A model generated the notes under the pieces. It ran no database searches. It worked only from the letters and a program-made list of their open reading frames with translations, and was not told the origin of the DNA. 64,000 nucleotides of DNA, taken from the IMG/VR virus record IMGVR_UViG_3300029922_000004. One strand, 5' to 3'. A program made the position numbers and the translations under genes. This document shows, piece by piece, positions 56,737 through 64,000 of this stretch; the first letter of the stretch is position 1, and each line of letters opens with the position of its first letter. Origin of the DNA: a virus.

Positions 56737-57150
56737 ATGCAGACCTTTTTGCCCTTCCCCGATTACTATGAATCCATGAAGTCATTGGATAAGTCAAGAC
56801 TAGGCAATCAAGTCTGGCGCGAGGGGATTACTCTCATTCGCGGGGGTTGGCCGAATCATCCCGCCTCGAAAATGTGGAGCAAGAATTTTTATCATCTAGG
56901 GCTTTACCTTCTCGAAGGTATTAAGGTTTTGGCCGAGCGCGGGAAATACTACGCCGAAATCGAGGCGAAAATTCGTGTAGAAATGGAAAAACATCCTAAT
57001 CAAAATCCGCCAGCGTGGTTGGGTAATGAAAAACTTCACTCTAGTCACAAATCGAATTTGCTCCGCAAGGACATTATTTGGTATGGTAAATTTGGCTGGA
57101 ATGAATCGCCCGATATGCCTTATTGGTGGCCGACTAAAGAGGGGTTTTAA
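56737..57150 (+). CDS. Pyrimidine-dimer DNA glycosylase-like protein (MSMEG_6728-like)
   Basis: MQTFLP...LDK.RLGNQ...GGWPNHPA.KMW...PAWLG...H.SH.SNLLRKD...Y.WP. Confidence 0.85.
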   Translation: MQTFLPFPDYYESMKSLDKSRLGNQVWREGITLIRGGWPNHPASKMWSKNFYHLGLYLLEGIKVLAERGKYYAEIEAKIRVEMEKHPNQNPPAWLGNEKLHSSHKSNLLRKDIIWYGKFGWNESPDMPYWWPTKEGF

Positions 57151-57198
57151 GTATGCTAGAGAGGGAGATTAATTAGAGTGGGAAAGTATTTTTAAATT

Positions 57199-58437
57199 TT
57201 ATAAAACTTCATCATCCACTACTGGGTTATACTGCCAGCCCTTATTCAAATTACCAACGCCCGTTTTATCTCCTTTGGCGCGGGCGATTTCCGTTGTAGC
57301 CCATAAAGGTTGAGTGTTAGTATAGTGAAAAGCCTTCTTCTGTTCTTCGGGTTTATCAAAGTCGAAACTATCTAGTGGGATAACGTGGTCGACGTGCCAA
57401 GTCATTTTCCCGCCGTAGTAGTAACGTCCATAATTTTCCCAACTCATTCCGTTGGTAAATTTAGACTCTAGGTGAGCCATGAATTGCTCTCTAGTGCATC
57501 CTATAAGCTCCATAGAGTGAGCGGCTTTGCGTTTGCCTTCTAATACAAATGCCATACGCCGCCTCATGCTGCTTATAATTCTATTGTATGGATTAGATAG
57601 GAACTTTTTGCGGGCGTTCCTGCGTGTTTTTTGTAAGGCTTTTTTGTTTTTTGGATTACGGCGATATTCTTGGGTTGATTTGATTTTGGACTTACGAAAT
57701 CTTTCGTCGGTTTTATATCTTTCACGGATTAGTTTCCTATATCTTGGGCGGTGAAGTTTTTGATATGCTTTTACTTTATCAAGGTTTTTATTATACCATT
57801 TTTTATGTTTAATGCGGCAATCGTCTTTGTGTTGGTCGTAATATTTTCTGGCTTTAGCCGCATCACAGGTGCGGCATATTGAGCGGGTTTTAATCTTTCT
57901 TTCTTTAGAAAAATGTTTAAGTGATTTTATTTTATTACAAACTGGACAGAGCCGTTTTCCATTGGGGAGTTTTAAGCAACTTTTTTTATTTTTTATTCCT
58001 AACGTTCCCGCTTTATGGATTACGCTAACAGTATCGCGCCCAATAAGTTTGGAGCAATATTTCGCTCCATGTTCGTAATAATTTAATTTTAAAATATTAA
58101 TTTGTTCCTCTGTCCAAAATGCTGGATTAACAATTTTTAATCTCCTAGCTTTGTCATTAATAGAGGCGTAACTTTTATTGATATATTTTTTACATTCGAC
58201 GCCGCCGCCTATTGGATAATATTTTCTCAATAAATCAGTCTCTTCTTGTGTCCATGTTCGTGAGTCAATCTTGCTCAATTTTAATTTTCTGCAACGATTA
58301 GTAATATCATGTTCTAAGACCCCCAAATGTTTAGCACAAAGTTTCCTGCCTAAAATCGAATAATTTTCTGTTAGCCATCTTTCTTCTTCAAAAGTCCATT
58401 TTTTATAGATTTTTCTAATGTGTTGATTTGTATTCAT
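57199..58437 (-). CDS. HNH homing endonuclease with three N-terminal 'WT.EE..(W/L)L' Myb-like repeats
   Basis: KWTFEEERWL, TWTQEETDLL, FWTEEQINIL; CPVC/CRTC; WHVDHVIPL...HYTNTQPLW. Confidence 0.85.
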   Translation of the reverse strand: MNTNQHIRKIYKKWTFEEERWLTENYSILGRKLCAKHLGVLEHDITNRCRKLKLSKIDSRTWTQEETDLLRKYYPIGGGVECKKYINKSYASINDKARRLKIVNPAFWTEEQINILKLNYYEHGAKYCSKLIGRDTVSVIHKAGTLGIKNKKSCLKLPNGKRLCPVCNKIKSLKHFSKERKIKTRSICRTCDAAKARKYYDQHKDDCRIKHKKWYNKNLDKVKAYQKLHRPRYRKLIRERYKTDERFRKSKIKSTQEYRRNPKNKKALQKTRRNARKKFLSNPYNRIISSMRRRMAFVLEGKRKAAHSMELIGCTREQFMAHLESKFTNGMSWENYGRYYYGGKMTWHVDHVIPLDSFDFDKPEEQKKAFHYTNTQPLWATTEIARAKGDKTGVGNLNKGWQYNPVVDDEVL

Positions 58438-58556
58438 ATCATTATATTACACTTAAACGAGAAATTTAGATGAATTATTTTCAAAAATCTTCTTGACCGT
58501 AACCGAAGAATCAGGTATCTTGTTTATGCAGTTAAACAAAAAACCTATAAAAACCT

Positions 58557-60638
58557 ATGATAGTTGATAAATGCGAAAACACGGTGAAATCTCATGGAAT
58601 CTCCATGACCAAAGGATTCGGTATTCGTGAAGAGGGTATGGCCTTCATTCAAAACATTCTTCGTTCACAGATATACGAAAATCCAATCCGCTGTTTGGTG
58701 ACTGAACTGGCCGTAAATTCTTTGGACTCGCACGTTGAAGCTGGAAAAGGTCACATACCCATCGTTGTCACCCTCCCGTCGCGCATGAATTGTGTGATAA
58801 AAATTTCAGATGAGGGAGTGGGTATGAGCGAAGATTTAATCCTTAATTTATACACCTACTTGGGGTCTTCCAATAAAAGAAATTCTAATTTAGTAACCGG
58901 ATTTCTTGGGATAGGCAAGCTGGCCGCTTTGAGTTATCAGACATCTTTTATCCTTGTCTCCCGCCATGATGGAACTAAAAATACCTATAACATTTATGTT
59001 GATAGTCAGGGGCTTACTCAAATTGCCCGCCTCTCTAGCGAAAAAACGGATGAAGGAAATGGCGTAGAGGTTACTGTCGCAGTAAAAGACTCCGACATTC
59101 AAAATTTTCACGATGCCGCGAAGCAAGTTTTTCGCTTCTTCAAAGTCAAGCCCATTGTTCACGGTGCTACTTTTACCTATGATACAGAGAAGCCGATTAT
59201 TGAAGGCAAAGGCTGGCGTATTCTCGGTAAGGGAAAACAGGCTGTGGCGACTATGGGAAACATGGGATATGAACTGAACAGTCATGCTCTAGCTTTGAAC
59301 GACGCAAATATCTCTGCTTGCTTTTCGTGCGGATTGGAAATTGATTTTGAATTGGGTTCGCTTGACGTGACAGCAAGCCGAGAAGCACTTAATGGCTCGC
59401 CGAAAACGAAAAAGGCTATTAATGACAGAATGGTTTCAATCATCGAAGAAGTTACAAAAGAACTCTCCACTCGCTTCAATGGCTGCAAAACTTTGTTTGA
59501 GGCTCACAAACTCTATTCTGAAATTTTTAACTTCAATTCTAATCTTTATGAACTGCGCGGCTTAGTTAAGGCCGGAATCATGTTCAATGGCGTCCCCGTC
59601 ACCAGCGACAATCTCAGTTTCGACAATGCTAAAAATGGAGAATACTCTGTTAGAAACTTTGCTAAATCATCTCGCGGGAATAAGATTCGTTCGTCGGAAG
59701 CGTCATACATAGACTGCGATTCGGCCACAATTTTGGTGGACAACGATTTGGGAATCTCCAATGGCATCACTAACCGAGTCTATACTTTGGTGAACGCCGA
59801 TAAACGAGTCTATGTAATTTCTTACAGAACTCCGGCGGATAAGAAAGCCTTCCTCAAGTCCAGCGGACTTCTCGAAAGCGAAATGGTTCTACTCTCTACT
59901 CTGCCCAAAGTTAGTCTAGGCAATGGTTCAACCTATACGAAAAACACGAAACACACCAGCGCGGTATTCGTATATGACGAAGCCTTTGCCAAGACGCAAA
60001 CTAGCTCATGGCGTAATCATTGTAAGAAGTCTGATTATTGGAGTCAGGACACTTTGGACTTGAAAAACGATTCGGGCGTCTATGTAATTATTGACGGCTT
60101 TGAATACGCGGACAAGAGCGGTAACATGACTTTCCCGAAAAGTCTCAACACCACTCTCGAATCCCTGAAAGCATTTGGAATCACGCCAAAGGTTTATGGT
60201 ATTAAGGTTAAGCATGAAGATACCGTGAAGGATAATCCGAAGCTCGTCAACCTATGGGACTACATAGCCGCCGAATTGACGGCCTACTTCGACAAGCATA
60301 ACATCGCGCAAAAGGTTAGTAACTCCATTGAGTTCAATAGTTGCAGCGATGATAGCTTGCAGTTCATCCTAAAGAATGGTGACAAGGCTAATGCGAAAAC
60401 TCTCTGTCATAAGACGGCGACGATTCTGAATCACCTAAAGGGCAACAAAGCTGACGAAAAGATTCTTGAGTCCGCGAGACAATGGAGTTCGTATTTTAAA
60501 CCTGTAAAAGCCGAGGCTGATATGCAGGATTTGTTGGCGGCAACCAACAGGGCTTATCCCCTGTTTGAAATGATAAGTTTTTACGGAACTACAAAACCGC
60601 AAGCCGCGATAGATTATGTGAATTTAATTGACGGGTAG
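58557..60638 (+). CDS. rIIA: rIIA-like protein with GHKL/HSP90-type ATPase N-terminus
   Basis: IYENPIR.LVTELAVNSLDSH, ISDEGVGM, YLGSSNKRNSN..TGFLGIGK. Confidence 0.88.
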   Translation: MIVDKCENTVKSHGISMTKGFGIREEGMAFIQNILRSQIYENPIRCLVTELAVNSLDSHVEAGKGHIPIVVTLPSRMNCVIKISDEGVGMSEDLILNLYTYLGSSNKRNSNLVTGFLGIGKLAALSYQTSFILVSRHDGTKNTYNIYVDSQGLTQIARLSSEKTDEGNGVEVTVAVKDSDIQNFHDAAKQVFRFFKVKPIVHGATFTYDTEKPIIEGKGWRILGKGKQAVATMGNMGYELNSHALALNDANISACFSCGLEIDFELGSLDVTASREALNGSPKTKKAINDRMVSIIEEVTKELSTRFNGCKTLFEAHKLYSEIFNFNSNLYELRGLVKAGIMFNGVPVTSDNLSFDNAKNGEYSVRNFAKSSRGNKIRSSEASYIDCDSATILVDNDLGISNGITNRVYTLVNADKRVYVISYRTPADKKAFLKSSGLLESEMVLLSTLPKVSLGNGSTYTKNTKHTSAVFVYDEAFAKTQTSSWRNHCKKSDYWSQDTLDLKNDSGVYVIIDGFEYADKSGNMTFPKSLNTTLESLKAFGITPKVYGIKVKHEDTVKDNPKLVNLWDYIAAELTAYFDKHNIAQKVSNSIEFNSCSDDSLQFILKNGDKANAKTLCHKTATILNHLKGNKADEKILESARQWSSYFKPVKAEADMQDLLAATNRAYPLFEMISFYGTTKPQAAIDYVNLIDG

Positions 60639-60678
60639 GAAAAGTTTCAAAATAGGTTTCTTTTTCAGTGTCAATTGG

Positions 60679-60722
60679 AGCGGCGGATAAGCAATTGTCC
60701 GTCGCTTTTTTTTATTATTTTT
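60679..60722 (+). terminator. Intrinsic terminator after rIIA
   Basis: AGCGGCGGATA-agcaat-TGTCCGTCGCT followed by T-run. Confidence 0.75.
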
Positions 60723-60780
60723 ATTTAAAATTCCCGCAGATATTCCTTGACACCGCTGGAAAACTCTGCTAGTATTGATT

Positions 60781-60910
60781 TGTCGGTTAGTCAGCGAGAG
60801 ATTTGCCACCCCAAAAGGGTTATCGGACACGACGCGACATTGAGGGTATGGGTAATTCCCAAAGAGTATAAGTCGCTCGCAACCACTGTGCAAGAGCATT
60901 TAGACCGACA
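60781..60910 (+). ncRNA. Candidate ~130-nt structured RNA (leader or sRNA) B
   Basis: Starts 5 nt after a TTGACA-17-TAGTAT promoter; closing stem TGTCGGT/ACCGACA; internal hairpins. Confidence 0.4.
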
Positions 60911-60920
60911 TTAAAATTTT

Positions 60921-62754
60921 ATGACAACCTATTCAACCAGAGTCCAATCCTATTATGATTTTGGAAGTTCTCTTCTTCAAACTTTGACGGCTGGCTCTCT
61001 CGCGGAACTCAAGGCTAAAATGCAGCGCGTGATTAAAGCGGAGGCCGTTGACCGGACGATTGGAAAAACCGAACTTATTACATTTTCTCCTATCACAAAA
61101 ACCGTGTCAAAGCCCATCGCGGAAAAAGGCTACTTTGTCCAATTCGGTAAAATCACCAATAGATATTGGGGCAAGGACGCTCCGACAAAGTGGTTTAAAC
61201 CCCTTGACATTGGTTAAAGATTCTGATAGGATTGATATATAAACAAAAACCTATTTATGAGTCCTTTGACAAAATTTCTTTTGTATTGTCTCCACGAAAA
61301 TTATACACCTAACGTCATCGAAGATGCCGAGCGTGGATTTATTAACGTCGGCAGGGACGAAGATGGGCGGAAAGTGGGATGCTGCACTATTTGTAGTCGT
61401 AATGGTGTCCTCCTAAACGAACACATTTGCTAATATGACCAAACCCCTTCTCCAAAAATTCCACGACGGCATTGCCCTGACAGACGCCGAATGTAAGGAA
61501 CTCTACAAGTTTTTCACCGAACTCGAATACTCGCTGACTCTCATGGGCGAGGAATACAAGCTGGCGCGGTTGCCTGTAATGTTTGATAAAATGGCCGTTG
61601 AAGGCTACCTAATGGCGCGGGAAATTAAAATTTAATATAAAAAATTATGAAAAAACAACCCTTTTCTTCTCTGGTATATGCTGATTGTGTTCACGTTAGC
61701 TGTCCTTGTGGGTTTTCTATCGGCGGGGAGGGAGAAGATATTAGTAAGTTCATAAAATTGCATAAGAAGCATACCAATGGCAAAATCACAGAAACTCTTA
61801 CGAGTGATGGGGCTAGATTCATTAGGTTTGACAACGGTTCAACGCAACAGACGCGAAAATTATGAAAAAACAACCCTATTATGAAGTTATTGATTGGGCC
61901 TCTACCCGTCCTAAGCTCATTAAGAAAACTTCCAAGCTGTCTGTGGCGCGCAAGGCTCTGGCTGTTTATCGCTCTCAAGGAAATCCCAATAGCGAGATTG
62001 TAAAAAACTCGTGGGAAAAATGCGTTGGGTTTTGGTGGTGTTGTTCTTTGCGTTATTAATTATGAAAATTTCCGCCGAACTTGACGGTTTTGAAACCGAA
62101 GCCCTGTTTGATATTTTGCAACATGAAATCATCAAGCATCGTGAGGAGTCAAAGCTCTCATTTTTATTGAAGGAAATTGACTTGCCGCGCCACAAATGGA
62201 ATCTAGGACATGCTGCCTTTCTCGAAGGAATTAAAACAAAACTCTTGACACACCACGAAAAAACTGCTAATCTCTGATTATGAAATTTACCGCAAATATT
62301 GACAAGAAATTTACCATCTGGCAAAATCTCACCATTGAGTTTGAGGCCAAGAATCAAGCCGAGGCTAACAAACTTTTGAAAAAGTGGGACGGTGTTCCAT
62401 GTGATAGGGAAGTGGAATATCTTAACACAGAGACGCTTTTTGACACAGAAGAGTCTATGACCCCGAAAGATAACGGCGGTCAGGCGGTTTGGGAGTTACA
62501 CGATATTGAACCATCATAAAATTATGAAAAATCTAGGCATTATAAACTGCGCGGTCTTTGAACTTGACGCAGACGAAACAACAAACTACTTTGAGCAGTT
62601 CAGCGAAGAGGGTTTGTCAGGGGCGGCAGGAACAGACGGCTCGACCATCGTCCGAGCCATTAGTGAAATGAAGCCCGCTGCACTAAAGGCGTTTGAAAGT
62701 TTCTTTGAAACCAAGTTGAGCGGGGCGCAGTTTTTAATTGTATCTTTGGAATAA
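60921..62754 (+). CDS. Array of short hypothetical ORFs (60921-61217, 61435-61635, 61647-61865, 61862-62059, about 62062-62277, 62280-62519, about 62524-62754)
   Basis: Co-oriented and tightly packed; promoters at about 61204 and 62246. Confidence 0.6.
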
Positions 62755-62921
62755 TGTCAACTACATCTAGGCTAAAGCCATAGATGCTTGTAACACTTCC
62801 GAAGAACCAGAAGGCGGCACTTCTCCTTTTGAGGATTATGCCGTGAATCTGAATGGGATAAGTCCGATGGAAGATGATAATGGAAGATTAGGAAGAGTTG
62901 TATTTTTATTTTAAATTTTAT

Positions 62922-63338
62922 ATGGAATACACGCCAGAAAACATTACGAGTCTTGGGAAGAATGAAATCTTTACGTTTGGCGCGAATGAAAATGGGACGC
63001 ATGGTTTAGGCGCGGCCAAGTTAGCCCACGAAAAGTTTGGGGCGCGGTGGGGTCAGGGTTTTGGTTTGTCGGGGAAAACTTTTGCCTTGCCAACGAAGTC
63101 GTGGCGGATTGAAACACTTCCCTTACCTATTATAAAATTTTATATTGACAGATACTTGGTATTCGCCGCCCTACATCCAGCATGGAAATTTTGGACGACA
63201 AAAGTTGGCTGCGGTCTCGGCGGGCTTACGCCAGAGCAGATTGCTCCGCTATTTTTGCATAATCGTTGTTTGTTCCCCGCGAATGTCATTTTGCCGAAGG
63301 AATTTTACGACGCTTATTACTTGACAATCCCCGAATAA
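62922..63338 (+). CDS. Conserved phage protein of the 'FVFGSN..G.HG.GAA' family (A1S_2505-like)
   Basis: NEIFTFGANENGTHGLGAAKLA...FGA..G.G.G..G.TFALPT...TKVGCGLGG. Confidence 0.75.
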   Translation: MEYTPENITSLGKNEIFTFGANENGTHGLGAAKLAHEKFGARWGQGFGLSGKTFALPTKSWRIETLPLPIIKFYIDRYLVFAALHPAWKFWTTKVGCGLGGLTPEQIAPLFLHNRCLFPANVILPKEFYDAYYLTIPE

Positions 63339-63355
63339 CCTGTTATTATCGGAGT

Positions 63356-63700
63356 ATGAAAGAACCTATTGCACAATCTAAACTGGCGTTGGAATCATTC
63401 TATAACGATTTGGACGCGGTTCAATCGAAGTATTGTGGCTTCTGGCAAAATCTTTTTCAGGCTTACGGATTTAAAATCACTCCCGACGCGCATTATCCGT
63501 CAAGGCTTTTTGAAGCTACATTCGGCGGAAAAAGTTTTACTGGTTATTGCAAGCCGAATGATTTTCAAGGCGTTAAAATTACTATCCCCGCGCCCGTAAA
63601 TTCTTCAAACGTTTTCTATAACAGTGAAAAGAAAGTCATGTCCGAGTCGGGGTTTGTAAAATTCTGTAAAGAACAGGGAGTGGGGAGACCGCCAGTATAA
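63356..63700 (+). CDS. Hypothetical protein
   Basis: ATG 6 nt after TATTAT of the promoter at 63321. Confidence 0.6.
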   Translation: MKEPIAQSKLALESFYNDLDAVQSKYCGFWQNLFQAYGFKITPDAHYPSRLFEATFGGKSFTGYCKPNDFQGVKITIPAPVNSSNVFYNSEKKVMSESGFVKFCKEQGVGRPPV

Positions 63701-63737
63701 TCTTGACACCAGCCGAAATTTCACCTATATTACCACT

Positions 63738-64000
63738 ATGAACGAAATCAAAATTTCCACACAGGCCGAATTTGACGCTCTTGTTGCGTCGAAAGACTTT
63801 ACCATTATTTTTATTGTCGGGGCGTTGAGTCGAATCAATCGAGCGATTGACAATTCGGTTATTTATGTCTCTGACTCGGCGAAGATTGGTTCTGTCTCTG
63901 ACTCGGCGAAGATTGGTTCTGTCTATGGCTCGGCGAAGATTGGTTCTGTCTCTGGCTCGGCGAAGATTGATTATGTCTCTGGCTCGGCGAAGATTGATTA
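63738..64000 (+). CDS. Nonapeptide-repeat protein (truncated by window end)
   Basis: MNEIKISTQAEF...(V-S/Y-D/G-S-A-K-I-G/D-S/Y)x5; promoter at 63703. Confidence 0.7.
   Translation, partial: MNEIKISTQAEFDALVASKDFTIIFIVGALSRINRAIDNSVIYVSDSAKIGSVSDSAKIGSVYGSAKIGSVSGSAKIDYVSGSAKID
63867..64000 (+). repeat. 27-bp coding tandem repeat, at least 5 units
   Basis: Unit GTCT(C/A)TG(A/G)CTCGGCGAAGATTG(G/A)TT(C/A)T. Confidence 0.9.

Noticed and set aside
2362-63599. Numerous 60-145 aa ORF-track entries antisense to or nested in longer motif-bearing genes
   Set aside because: Shadow ORFs: no motifs, and they fully overlap well-supported genes
63867-64000. CRISPR or DGR interpretation of the 27-bp repeats
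   Set aside because: Units are contiguous with no spacers and in frame with an ORF; no reverse transcriptase or template/variable repeat pair is seen
1-64000. Stop-codon reassignment (prompted by in-frame stops at 43959 and 62768 and by the release-factor-like gene)
   Set aside because: TAA, TAG and TGA each terminate conserved genes at expected lengths (dut TAA, rIIA TAG, thyX TGA) and long genes are uninterrupted in code 11

Overview
A 64 kb segment of a large, low-GC, T4-like/jumbo dsDNA phage genome using the standard genetic code; no rRNA, CRISPR array or integrase is visible. Left end (minus strand): glycosyltransferase/methyltransferase cluster, a sigma-70-like factor and a deleted HNH gene. 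Plus strand from about 7.3 kb: class II ribonucleotide reductase with a LAGLIDADG intein, a complete tmRNA, an ECF sigma factor, an envelope-protein/patatin/PAS cluster, and an array of about 10 tRNA or tRNA-like genes, several non-canonical. An Acb1-like 2H phosphoesterase within the tRNA locus is split in two. Further right are a soluble AAA+/M41 protease, an intact IS200/IS605 element (tnpA+tnpB) with a second solo left end, an integron-like attC cassette array, and nucleotide-metabolism genes (thyX, dCMP deaminase, dUTPase, DUF5664-type diphosphohydrolase). These are followed by a GGQ release-factor-domain/RNA ligase/kinase/phosphoesterase module, DNA ligase, rIIB, rIIA, several free-standing homing endonucleases and many short ORFs. 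More than 20 promoters share a TTGAC-N6-CGAAA-N7-TANNNT architecture, and most have the start codon 5-6 nt after the -10 box (leaderless mRNA). Host cannot be read from the sequence; a Verrucomicrobia-like host is only an impression. All family calls come from motifs recognised by eye, not from database searches.
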